A stretch of 32,000 nt of DNA from Wolbachia endosymbiont (group A) of Longitarsus flavicornis (lineage in GTDB: Bacteria > Pseudomonadota > Alphaproteobacteria > Rickettsiales > Anaplasmataceae), in the NCBI RefSeq assembly GCF_963931955.1, contig NZ_OZ008337.1, forward strand, positions 53,621 through 85,620, read 5' to 3'. The position numbers and the translations under genes were made by a program. This document shows positions 1 through 7,989 of this stretch, piece after piece. How positions within the stretch are numbered: position 1 is the stretch's first letter; every line of letters starts with the position of its first letter. The notes under the pieces were generated by a model. That model was not told where the DNA came from. It saw only the letters and a list, made by a program, of their open reading frames with translations, and ran no database searches.

Positions 1-444
1 ATCGAATAAGTCATGGTTTTTATATTTTTTACCCATTAGATATTCATCTCTAAAGATTCCTAATTTATGGGACAAACTGATATCACGTATTAACAGCTCA
101 TAATTTATTTTATTACTGGCAAATTGTGCAGTGCGGAAAACTTTTACTTTTGTCCTGATATCTTCTCCCTTAGCATCAATTAAGGAAAAATCTATCACTT
201 TAGGTAGTATATCAAGTAAATCGTGTCCATTTTCGGTATACTCTAAATAATTCTTCACGTTGTCAGCTGCTCTTGCGCTTAAGATATTAATTAATGGCTT
301 ATTAAGCAAATTCTCCTCTTCATATTTTAACAAATCCCTTGCAACTTGATTGAGCCCCGCAATTAACACGGTTTTTTTCTTATTATCCTGACAAATAGAT
401 ACCACAGCATCATCTTTCCTTCTTGCAGTTATGAAATCATCCAT
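1..444 (-). CDS. Hypothetical protein, N-terminal 148 codons; the ORF runs off the left window edge. It has a PAS-like sequence pattern (tentative).
   Basis: Absent from the supplied track because there is no stop inside the window. Hand translation of the minus strand from ATG (444..442) gives MDDFITARRKDDAVVSICQDNKKKTVLIAGLNQVARDLLKYEEENLLNKPLINILS...KVKVFRTAQFASNKINYELLIRDISLSHKLGIFRDEY.... I checked every + strand triplet from 1 to 444 and none is tta/cta/tca, so the frame is open. The 'YELLIRDIS' ending resembles the end of PAS folds; this is pattern-level only. Confidence 0.5.
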   Translation of the reverse strand, partial: MDDFITARRKDDAVVSICQDNKKKTVLIAGLNQVARDLLKYEEENLLNKPLINILSARAADNVKNYLEYTENGHDLLDILPKVIDFSLIDAKGEDIRTKVKVFRTAQFASNKINYELLIRDISLSHKLGIFRDEYLMGKKYKNHDLFD

Positions 445-682
445 ATTTTCATTTTATATGATACATCTATAAGTATAATAAAATTACATTAAAATTTACT
501 TACTTATTAATATGCTTGATTAGATATAAGTAAAATGTCATATGGGATGGCTTTGTTAGCTGCTTTAGGTGGTAATAAATGGATAGTCAAGCAAAATTAC
601 ATTTGTAACTTTGCTTGACTTGTCCGTTTTTTTTATGTCTTTATTACAATCATAACCTCTAGCTCTGAGTTATACCCCTTTA

Positions 683-1328
683 TTACATTGTATTAGATGG
701 AAGTAGAACAGGACCCAATTTTGCGTTTTGTTGTTCTGAAAGACTCCCTAAAAGATCTGTACCAGGTTTTAGCTGCTCAGCAAAATCAAGATTACTGCTT
801 GGTCCTGAATCTTCCAATTGCACGATAGTGCCGCAAGCTTCTTCGTATGATGGTGGTTGTGCTTCTGAAAGATCTGCTGGCTGCTTAGGTCCATCGTATG
901 GTGGTGCTGAAGGTTTTTTACCATAATCGCCTACTCCTGTTTCTTCTTGTTCTAACTTCTTCACATCTTCAGTATTAGTTGCTTTATCCATACATTTTGG
1001 TTTTTCTACAAAGTCTTGCATTTCTTTGTGTTTTGGTTCTTCTATATAGTTTTGCATTTCTTTTATAAAACTTTTCTCATAGTTCCTATTTACTAAGTAA
1101 GCTACACCTGCTATTATAAGCGTTAATGCCATAACAATGAAAGGTGAAACTGCTATATACCTAAAAACCGTTACTTCATGCATACTCATATGAGTGGGTG
1201 GGTTAATGGCTATTATTATTGGGAGAAAGAAGAATACAGAAGTAAGCATTAATATTATAGCAGTGATACCTAAACATCCTAATGCTACTTCTTTTAATAA
1301 TCCTCCGTTTTTCTTTTTATTATTAAGC
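683..1328 (-). pseudogene. 3' part of a membrane-protein gene (two TM helices, Pro/Gln-rich tail with a PPSY motif) whose 5' end is replaced by the IS110 left end. The track ORF 683..1435 is an IS-flank hybrid.
   Basis: The first ~36 residues of ORF 683..1435 (MVGYNCKSASHKVISEITQNLNWEFLPGLTDFVCLT) are identical to the start of ORF 23548..23790 (-) and lie inside the 319-bp repeat 1329..1647 = 23684..24002. Hydrophobic stretches: LGCLGITAIILMLTSVFFFLPIIIAI and YIAVSPFIVMALTLIIAGVAYLV. PPSY is encoded at 845..856 (rc = cca cca tca tac). Confidence 0.6.
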
Positions 1329-1593
1329 GTCAAACAGACGAAATCTGTCAAACCAGGAAGAAACTCCCAATTTAAGTTTTGAGTAATTTCTGATATAACT
1401 TTGTGAGAAGCGCTTTTGCAGTTATAACCGACCAAGTCACTGGTGCCTTTAGTGCCCGTTCGTAAGCGTGGTTTTGGGAGGAACGGTCAAATCATTGATG
1501 GAGTTTTTGTAGACTACCTCGGTTAGGAGATTGTACTATCAACCGTTCCAAGCTGAAGCGTTTCCCTATTACAAATTATACGAAGGAGTTGCC
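1329..1593 (+). ncRNA. Candidate structured non-coding left end of the IS110 element (possible bridge/guide RNA region).
   Basis: 265 bp non-coding and 100% identical in both copies. It has a GTCAAAC direct repeat (1329..1335 and 1347..1353) and an 8-bp long-range inverted repeat, ggaacggt (1480..1487) / accgttcc (1542..1549). The function is inferred only from what is known of IS110-group elements. Confidence 0.3.
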
Positions 1594-2940
1594 ATGAAAA
1601 AAGCAAAAAGTAAATTAGAAATAGTGAATCCTGATGCAGCAGGGATTGATGTTGGTTCATCTGTACATTATGTATGTGTACCTGAAGGAAGAGATGAACA
1701 ACGTATCCAAAAATTTGGCTGCTTCACTGAAGACCTTCATAATTTAGCACGGTGGTTGAAAAAATGTAAAGTTACAACTGTAGCTATGGAATCAACAGGA
1801 GTATACTGGATTCCTTTATTTCAAGTACTCGAATCATATGGGTTTGAAGTAAAACTGGTAAATGCGCGACATGTAAAAAATGTACCTGGAAGAAAGTCAG
1901 ATGTTCAGGACTGTCAGTGGTTACAACAACTACACAGTTATGGACTACTTCATGGATCATTCAGACCCGATGATCAAATTTGTGTATTGCGTAGTTATGT
2001 GCGGCAACGTAAAAGTCTTACTGAAAGTGCATCTACACATGTTCTGCGTATGCAGAAGGCATTAATTCAAATGAATATACAGCTGCATAAAGTTATAAGA
2101 GATATTACTGGAGTAACTGGTATGAAAATTATCAAGGCTATAATCGAAGGCGAAAGGGATCCTGAGAAATTGGTTGAATTCAGGGATGCACGAATAAAAA
2201 ATGATCAGTCTACTATTGCAAAAGCGTTAGCTGGTGACTATAGAGAGGAACACTTATTCACGCTAAAGCAAGAATTTGAACTATATAATATCTATCAAGA
2301 AAAAATAGCAGAATGTGATAGAAATATTGAGGCCTATTACAAAACGTTCGAAACAAAACCTGGCGAAAGTAAACAGTTGAGTAAGGAAAAGAATAAGCAT
2401 AGAAAAAGTAAGCCAAACTTTGCTTTGCACGAGGAACTGCACCGGATAACTGGTATGGATTTTACTAAAGTTCCAGGGCTTGATGTACTAAGTGTACAGA
2501 CCATAATTTCAGAAACTGGTATAAACCATAGTAAATGGTCAACAGAAAAACACTTCTCATCGTGGTTAGGACTCAGCCCTGCCAATAAAATTACAGGAGA
2601 AAAAGTGTTTAGCACAAGAACGCGTAAAGTCATTAATCGTGCTGCGAATGCATTTCGAATGGCTGCTAATTCTGTGGGAAATAGTAAAAGTGCATTAGGT
2701 GCATACTACAGGAAATTAAAAAAACGATTAGGAGCGCCAAAAGCAATAACAGCTACTGCAAGAAAGATAGCGTGCATATTTTATAGTATGCTCAAATACG
2801 GACAGGAATATGTAGAAAAAGGAATGGAATACTATGAAATACGCTATAAAGATAGAACTGTAAAAAATTTGATCAAAAGAGCAAAGGAACTTGGCTATCT
2901 CTTGGTAAAAAAAGATGAGTTAGTTCAAGGAGTTTCTTAG
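1594..2940 (+). CDS. IS110-family (DEDD) transposase.
   Basis: Track ORF 1531..2940. I prefer ATG 1594 (MKKAKSKLEIVNPDAAGIDVGSSVHYV...), which is preceded by aaggag. Family-typical motifs: GIDVGS, AMESTGVYW, and a C-terminal LLSVQTIISETG...FSSWLGLSPANKITGEK region. Confidence 0.9.
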   Translation: MKKAKSKLEIVNPDAAGIDVGSSVHYVCVPEGRDEQRIQKFGCFTEDLHNLARWLKKCKVTTVAMESTGVYWIPLFQVLESYGFEVKLVNARHVKNVPGRKSDVQDCQWLQQLHSYGLLHGSFRPDDQICVLRSYVRQRKSLTESASTHVLRMQKALIQMNIQLHKVIRDITGVTGMKIIKAIIEGERDPEKLVEFRDARIKNDQSTIAKALAGDYREEHLFTLKQEFELYNIYQEKIAECDRNIEAYYKTFETKPGESKQLSKEKNKHRKSKPNFALHEELHRITGMDFTKVPGLDVLSVQTIISETGINHSKWSTEKHFSSWLGLSPANKITGEKVFSTRTRKVINRAANAFRMAANSVGNSKSALGAYYRKLKKRLGAPKAITATARKIACIFYSMLKYGQEYVEKGMEYYEIRYKDRTVKNLIKRAKELGYLLVKKDELVQGVS

Positions 2941-3133
2941 GAGATTTGGTTTAACAGAACACAATGTTCATTTTGGAAGCGATTTAAATTCAGAGCAAAA
3001 GGATTCAATACATGAACCGGAAAATTACATTTTAGTGTTTTACCCAGGTGTACTAACGTGGCACGAACATCGTCATTTGAACAGGTCTTGGGAAGAAAAA
3101 CAGATCATATGTTTAATACGCTAAATACTTATA

Positions 3134-3315
3134 TTTATATCTTCATATATTACATTAACATTCGGTAAAAATGTGTGTTTTTTGAAAAAAAAAGTTGCTT
3201 TTTGATATCAAAACAGGCATAACTAGAATAGTAGTGGGTAAACATAAGAAGTTTACTTTACGCTAGAATGAGCCAAATTGGCGATTTTATGTATGTTTTT
3301 ATAGTGAGGTATGTA
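3134..3315 (+). repeat. Duplicated ankyrin-gene upstream region, copy A (paralogous to 4611..4784).
   Basis: Shared blocks in the same order: tttatatctt; aaaaatgtgt; aaaaaaaaa[g/c]ttgcttttt; aaaacag; cgcta[g/a]a[a/g]tgagccaaattgg; then the SD and start of an ankyrin ORF with a conserved N-terminus. Confidence 0.6.
3202..3229 (+). promoter_or_regulatory. Candidate sigma70-like promoter for the ankyrin gene pair.
   Basis: TTGATA (3202..3207), a 16-nt spacer, then TAGAAT (3224..3229). It lies ~90 nt upstream of ATG 3316, inside the duplicated upstream block. Such matches are easy to find by chance in AT-rich DNA. Confidence 0.25.
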
Positions 3316-4014
3316 ATGAGGTTTAGCAAGGAAAAGAGAGAAGCTTTTAATAAGTCATTTTATGAATTATTAGACAACTCGTTTAAGAATATTAATGAAA
3401 AAGATGAAAAAGGGGAAACGATACTACATAAGGCAGCAAGAATGTCGACAAGAAAAAAAGTAAGTTTTCTAGTCAAGAAAGGAGCGGAAGTCAATGCGAG
3501 AGATAACAAGGGTTTTACACCGTTACACTGGGGAGCATTAGCGAAACGTCTAGAAAACGTAAAAGAGCTGACAAGGTCAGGAGCGGAAATAAACGCTATA
3601 GAGTATGGTAGTAAACATACAGCACTACATCTTGCATGTATGGTAGGAGCAGAAAGTATAATAAAAGTGTTGGTGAAAGCAGGAGCGGCAATTAATCAAC
3701 AGAGTAAATTTGGTTGTACACCAATGTATTGGCTAATGGACAATGAAAAGAATAAAGAGGTGAAGAAATTCCTGGAAAAGCAAGGAGGTGTAGTAAGAGA
3801 TAGACCAGAGATATGCGATGAAATAGTGGAGTCGGTTGGAGAAATGGTAGATGTATGGAGTAGAAAATTTTTACCGAAGTTAAAAGGGAAGGTGGTAAGT
3901 TTAGAAGAAATAAGAAAAAGAGATGAGTCGCTAATAATAGAAGATTTTAACAACGTAATAAGCAGGGTGGTGGGCAAGATGAACACTATGATTAAAGAAT
4001 TTGATGAAAGATAG
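3316..4014 (+). CDS. Ankyrin-repeat protein (small, phage-WO-type), paralogue 1.
   Basis: Track ORF 3268..4014. ATG 3316 (MRFSKEKREAFNKS...) is preferred because of the gaggt SD and N-terminal conservation with the two paralogues. ANK motifs: GETILHKAA, GFTPLHWGA, HTALHLACMVGAESIIKVLVKAGA. Confidence 0.85.
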   Translation: MRFSKEKREAFNKSFYELLDNSFKNINEKDEKGETILHKAARMSTRKKVSFLVKKGAEVNARDNKGFTPLHWGALAKRLENVKELTRSGAEINAIEYGSKHTALHLACMVGAESIIKVLVKAGAAINQQSKFGCTPMYWLMDNEKNKEVKKFLEKQGGVVRDRPEICDEIVESVGEMVDVWSRKFLPKLKGKVVSLEEIRKRDESLIIEDFNNVISRVVGKMNTMIKEFDER

Positions 4015-4030
4015 ATAGTTGAGGTATATT

Positions 4031-4600
4031 ATGGTAAAGTTTAACAAAGAAACAAAAAATGCTTTTGATAAGTTACTGAAAGCAATATCAGAAGAAAACA
4101 TAAAAGGAAAAGATTCAGGTGGTTGTACGGCATTGCACCGAGCAGCACAAGTGTCAAACCCAGAAGTAATAAAGTTATTAATAGAAAAAGGTGCAGGTAT
4201 AAACGATAGAAACAATAGAGGCGAGACACCGTTGCACCTAGCAGCATTTTTAGGAAATAGAAAGAATGTGAAAGCACTGATAGAGAAAGGAGCCGAGGTA
4301 AATGCAAAGTCGAACAACAAAGCAGTACCACTACACTTAGCCTGTTTAGCAGGGAGGAAAGGAACAATAGAAGAGTTAATGAAGGCGGGAGGAGATCTTG
4401 ATACAGTAGATAAATTTGGATGTAGTCCACTAAACTATGCGAAGATTTACCAGAAGGTAACGAATTTTCTAGAGAAAAGGGGAGTGAATATGAGAGATGT
4501 GGCGGTGATGTATGGAGAAGCAAACAAGGCAATAGAGGAGATAATGGAGAAACGAAACGTAAATGAATTACAACAGCAGGAGGTAGATTTAACAGATTAA
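4031..4600 (+). CDS. Ankyrin-repeat protein, paralogue 2.
   Basis: Track ORF 4019..4600. ATG 4031 (MVKFNKETKNAFDKLL...) follows gaggt at 4021..4025. ANK motifs: GCTALHRAA, GETPLHLAAFLGNRKNVKALIEKGAEVN, AVPLHLACLAG. It starts 17 nt after the stop of paralogue 1, so the two are probably co-transcribed. Confidence 0.85.
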   Translation: MVKFNKETKNAFDKLLKAISEENIKGKDSGGCTALHRAAQVSNPEVIKLLIEKGAGINDRNNRGETPLHLAAFLGNRKNVKALIEKGAEVNAKSNNKAVPLHLACLAGRKGTIEELMKAGGDLDTVDKFGCSPLNYAKIYQKVTNFLEKRGVNMRDVAVMYGEANKAIEEIMEKRNVNELQQQEVDLTD

Positions 4601-4610
4601 ACATATAGAT

Positions 4611-4784
4611 TTATATCTTAATATAATATGCTGAAAAAATGTGTATATTTTGTAAAAAAAAACTTGCTTTTTATGCCAAAACAGCCCTAAGTGAAAAAGT
4701 AGCTAGTAAATAAACAAGATTTGCTAAGCGCTAAAGTGAGCCAAATTGGAGCCACTTTATATTGTATTAATAGCTGAGGAACTT
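4611..4784 (+). repeat. Duplicated ankyrin-gene upstream region, copy B (paralogous to 3134..3315).
   Basis: See copy A. The same ordered blocks include cgctaaagtgagccaaattgg at 4729..4749. Confidence 0.6.
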
Positions 4785-5366
4785 ATGGTAAAATTTAGTA
4801 AGAAAGAAAGAGAAGAATTTAATAAGTCGTGGAAAGAAGTATTAGATAACCCAATAGAAAATATTAATAAAAAAGACACAAAAGGAAGGACGATATTACA
4901 TTATGCAGTAGGGATGCTAGATCCAAAAAAAGTGAGGTTATTAATCAAAAAAGGAGCAGATATAAATGTGGCGGATGCAGGGCAATATAGACCACTACAC
5001 CTAGCAGTGATGGGCCAACGTCTAGAAAATACAAAAGAGCTGATAAAGGCAGAAGTCGATGTAAACGCAGTGGAACGAAATAGCAAATTTGCCCCGTTAC
5101 ACCTTGCCTGCATGGTAAGTGAAATAAAAATAGTAGAAGAGCTAGTAAAAGCAGGAGCGAATATAGAGCAAAAGGATAAATTTGGCAAAACCCCAATGGA
5201 TTATGCGAGAAATAATAAAGAGATAAAAGAAGTGTTAGAGAACGTAAGAATCGCAAATAAACAGAGGGAGTTTATAGAAAGAATAAGGGTTGTATCGGAA
5301 AGTACGACAGCAGGTGTGATAGTAGCAAAGGAAGAGCTAGAAACTGTGGATGAGAAAGTGCTATAG
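4785..5366 (+). CDS. Ankyrin-repeat protein, paralogue 3.
   Basis: Track ORF 4746..5366. ATG 4785 (MVKFSKKEREEFNKSW...) follows gagga. ANK motifs: GRTILHYAV, YRPLHLAVMG, FAPLHLACMVSEIKIVEELVKAGANI. Confidence 0.85.
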   Translation: MVKFSKKEREEFNKSWKEVLDNPIENINKKDTKGRTILHYAVGMLDPKKVRLLIKKGADINVADAGQYRPLHLAVMGQRLENTKELIKAEVDVNAVERNSKFAPLHLACMVSEIKIVEELVKAGANIEQKDKFGKTPMDYARNNKEIKEVLENVRIANKQREFIERIRVVSESTTAGVIVAKEELETVDEKVL

Positions 5367-5409
5367 CGTTTTAAAAATTCAGAAGGGCTGTGTTTGAAAA
5401 GGTGATCAT

Positions 5410-5841
5410 ATGGAAAAAAAAGTAGAAAAAGAGGTAAAATGCTTAGAGAAAAAACCACTAGCAGAACTGAAAAAAATATGGAAGAAGGTATTTGAGGAAG
5501 AAGCACCTAGACACTCAAAGAAATACTTGATACCGAGGTTAGCATATAGGTTACAGGAGAAAGCGTATGGAGAAATATCAAGAAAAGGAGCAAAAAGACT
5601 AGAATACCTGGCAGATCGACTAGAGAAGGGAAAAAGAATAAGTAGCGATAAACTGCCAGTGGAGGGAACGGAGTTGATACTAGAAAGAGGTGAGGAAACG
5701 CATGCGGTATTGGTAACAGATACTGGTTTAATCTACCGAGAAGAGTTTTATACGTCATTATCAGCGGTAGCCGGAAAAATAATGGGAATGAGCTACAACG
5801 GTCCTTTATTATTTGGGATGCGTGATAAAAAGGTAAGTTGA
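5410..5841 (+). CDS. DUF2924-family protein (accessory gene commonly found upstream of large serine recombinases).
   Basis: PLAELKKIWKKVFEEEAPRHSKKYLIPRLAYRLQEKAYGEIS matches the remembered DUF2924 pattern (L..L...W...F......S...L...IAYRLQE.A.G.L). It ends 10 nt before the recombinase start. Confidence 0.8.
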   Translation: MEKKVEKEVKCLEKKPLAELKKIWKKVFEEEAPRHSKKYLIPRLAYRLQEKAYGEISRKGAKRLEYLADRLEKGKRISSDKLPVEGTELILERGEETHAVLVTDTGLIYREEFYTSLSAVAGKIMGMSYNGPLLFGMRDKKVS

Positions 5842-5851
5842 GGGGGAGAAA

Positions 5852-7354
5852 ATGCTAAAAGAGGTGAGGTGTGCGATATATACGAGAAAATCAAATGAAG
5901 ATGGACTAGAACAAAAGTTTAATAGCTTGGACGCACAAAGGGTAGCATGTGAAAAATATATAAAAAGCCGAGAAGGGTGGGTAGCATTAGCCAAAAGGTA
6001 TGATGATGGAGGCTATTCAGGAAAAAATTTAGAAAGACCAGCGATAAAGGGATTGTTTGAAGATGTAAAAGCCGGAGAAGTGGACTGTGTGGTAGTGTAT
6101 ACGCTAGATAGGTTATCAAGAGAAACAAAGGACTGCATAGAAGTAACGTCATTTTTTAGAAGGCACCGGATAAGTTTTGTAGCAGTGACGCAAATATTTG
6201 ATAACAACACACCAATGGGAAAATTTGTACAAACAGTGTTATCAGGAGCGGCACAGCTAGAAAGAGAAATGATAGTAGAGAGAGTAAAAAATAAAATAGC
6301 AACATCGAAGGAAGAGGGTCTATGGATGGGAGGGAATGTGCCGCTAGGGTATGACGTAAAAGATAAAGAATTAATAATAAATGAAAAAGAAGCAAAAGTA
6401 ATAAAGCATATATTTGAGAGGTATATGGAGCTGAAATCAATGGCAGAATTGGCAAGAGAGTTAAACAGAGAAGGATATCGAACGAAAGCAAAATCAGATA
6501 TCTTTAAAAAGGCCACAGTGAGGAGAATAATAACAAATCCGATATATATGGGAAAAATCAGACATTATGAGAAGCAATATGAGGGAAAACATGAAGCGAT
6601 AATAGAAGAAGAAAAATGGCAAAAAGCGCAAGAATTGATAAAGAATCAACCATATCGAAAAGTAAAATATGAGGAAGCGCTGCTAAAGGGGATAATAAAG
6701 TGCAAGAGCTGTGAAGTAAACATGACGCTGACCTATGCAAAAAAGGAAAATAAAAGGTATCGATACTACATATGCAATAACCATTTAAGAGGAAAAGATT
6801 GTGGATCAATAAATCGAACCGTAGTAGCAGGAGAAGTGGAAAAAGAAGTAATGAAGAGAGCGGAATGCTTATATGAAAATTGGGAAAAAGGGGCAAAAAA
6901 AGAAAAATGGGAAAATTTAAGTTTCAGAGAGCAGAAAGAAGCAGTGAAAAAATTAATAAAGGTAGTGTGGGTAAGAGAGGAAGGAGTAGAAGTATGTTCT
7001 GAATCAGAGGAGACATTTATAGCAATGAATTTGAAGAAGAAAGGAAACAAATGCACAGTAGTGGAACCAGAAGGAAAAACAAACAATGCGCTACTGAAAG
7101 CAGTGGTGAGAGCCCATCTTTGGAAACGTCAACTAGAGGAAGGAAAATATAGAAGTGTGAAGGAGCTGAGCGTTAAAATTAATATAGGTACAAGACGTAT
7201 ACAACAAATTTTAAGATTAAATTATTTAGCTCCAAAGATAAAAGAAGACATAGTAAATGGGAGGCAGCCAAGTAGTTTGAGGTTGGTTGATTTGAGAGAA
7301 ATACCGATGCTGTGGAGTGAGCAATTGGAGAAATTTTATGATCTTAATTTATAA
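5852..7354 (+). CDS. Large serine recombinase (phage integrase type).
   Basis: The N-terminal resolvase domain has the catalytic-Ser context CAIYTRKSNEDG, followed by SLDAQR and VVVYTLDRLSRE. Then comes a recombinase domain (GNVPLGYD) and a Cys-rich zinc-ribbon (CKSCEVNMT...YYICNNHLRGKDC). SD gggggag lies upstream. Confidence 0.95.
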   Translation: MLKEVRCAIYTRKSNEDGLEQKFNSLDAQRVACEKYIKSREGWVALAKRYDDGGYSGKNLERPAIKGLFEDVKAGEVDCVVVYTLDRLSRETKDCIEVTSFFRRHRISFVAVTQIFDNNTPMGKFVQTVLSGAAQLEREMIVERVKNKIATSKEEGLWMGGNVPLGYDVKDKELIINEKEAKVIKHIFERYMELKSMAELARELNREGYRTKAKSDIFKKATVRRIITNPIYMGKIRHYEKQYEGKHEAIIEEEKWQKAQELIKNQPYRKVKYEEALLKGIIKCKSCEVNMTLTYAKKENKRYRYYICNNHLRGKDCGSINRTVVAGEVEKEVMKRAECLYENWEKGAKKEKWENLSFREQKEAVKKLIKVVWVREEGVEVCSESEETFIAMNLKKKGNKCTVVEPEGKTNNALLKAVVRAHLWKRQLEEGKYRSVKELSVKINIGTRRIQQILRLNYLAPKIKEDIVNGRQPSSLRLVDLREIPMLWSEQLEKFYDLNL

Positions 7355-7375
7355 AAACAATAGGAGAAAAACATT

Positions 7376-7945
7376 ATGAGAACACCGAAAAAAATATGGA
7401 AAGATATTGCTGAAAAGCTTAGAAATAAAAAAGGTACCACTACCGCAAAAGGAGCTGATATGGAGATGCCGGCAGATGTTGAGGAAGTTAAAGTTGAAAT
7501 AAAAAAGCAAACCAATACAGTTGATAAAGCTACAGAGACTGACACTAAATTATGTAATATAAATAGTGAAGATCTTCAACCTATATGTGAAAGTAGCGAA
7601 AAAGCGCAAAATGATTCAGTAGAAACCACTGTAGAACCAACTTCCGTCGATAGAGCTGACAGCCCATCTCCCACTGAACCATGTTTTGATGCTACAGACA
7701 AAAAAGACAAACCGTTAACGCAACAAAGGCAAGCAATCCTGGCTGGTGTTGTTGGTGCAGCGTTATTGGTAAATTGTGCTGCATTGTATATCATGAAAAT
7801 GCCTGTAGTAGCAGTGGTTGTGGGAATAGCTGGATTGGTGTGTCTGAGCTTTGCGTTGCATAATGTGCTGAAACCAAGTACGAAAATCGAAAAAGTAGAG
7901 GACATAGAACAACCAATTGTTGAGTCTCCTCTGAATCCAACGTAA
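7376..7945 (+). CDS. Hypothetical small membrane protein (acidic/Ser-Thr-rich N-terminal half, two C-terminal TM helices).
   Basis: SD aggag lies before ATG 7376. Hydrophobic pair: ILAGVVGAALLVNCAALYIM and VVAVVVGIAGLVCLSFALHNVL. I recognise no family. Confidence 0.6.
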   Translation: MRTPKKIWKDIAEKLRNKKGTTTAKGADMEMPADVEEVKVEIKKQTNTVDKATETDTKLCNINSEDLQPICESSEKAQNDSVETTVEPTSVDRADSPSPTEPCFDATDKKDKPLTQQRQAILAGVVGAALLVNCAALYIMKMPVVAVVVGIAGLVCLSFALHNVLKPSTKIEKVEDIEQPIVESPLNPT

Positions 7946-7960
7946 AAGGTTATATTCAAA

Positions 7961-7989
7961 AAATCATAATCGTCAAAACGGGATGATTT
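7961..7989 (+). terminator. Weak hairpin downstream of 7376..7945 (possible terminator).
   Basis: aaatcat (7961..7967) pairs with atgattt (7983..7989) across a 15-nt loop, followed by atttag. The stem is AT-rich and the loop is long, so stability is low. Confidence 0.2.

Larger units (their letters stand above)
1329..3125 (+). mobile_element. IS110-family insertion sequence. The left end is defined; the right end is not resolved and lies somewhere between 2941 and ~3125.
   Basis: The left boundary is fixed by comparison with the second copy: identity starts at gtcaaacagacg (1329 and 23684). There is a long (265 bp) non-coding left end before the transposase and no obvious terminal inverted repeats, both typical of IS110-family elements. 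The right limit is bounded only by the start of the duplicated ankyrin-upstream repeat (~3134). Confidence 0.8.

Noticed and set aside
1194-1382. 62-aa + strand ORF spanning the IS110 junction.
   Set aside because: It is antisense to the TM-protein fragment, and its tail (SVKQTKSVKPGRNSQFKF) is simply the IS left end read through. The same tail is appended to the giant ORF at 23684..23737, so this is a junction artefact rather than a gene.
1531-1593. TTG start at 1531 for the IS110 transposase, as in the ORF track.
   Set aside because: ATG 1594 has a proper aaggag SD and begins the conserved MKK...GIDVGS N-terminus. The upstream 21 codons lie in the structured non-coding leader.
2948-3123. 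Short + strand frame downstream of the transposase (..GLTEHNVHFGSDLNSEQKDSIHEPENYILVFYPGVLTWHEHRHLNRSWEEKQIICLIR*).
   Set aside because: It has no start codon, is under 60 codons, belongs to no family I recognise, and I cannot tell whether it is IS right-end sequence or a gene remnant. No minus-strand frame here continues the truncated TM protein either.
3696-7545. Many minus-strand ORFs (e.g. 3931..4320, 4041..4604, 4945..5256, 6013..6516, 6766..7086, 7336..7545) opposite the ankyrin, DUF2924 and recombinase genes.
   Set aside because: Their products are low-complexity and Leu/Ser/Phe-rich. They are mirror frames of purine-rich (GAA/AAA-rich) sense genes that have clear family motifs, so they are shadow ORFs.
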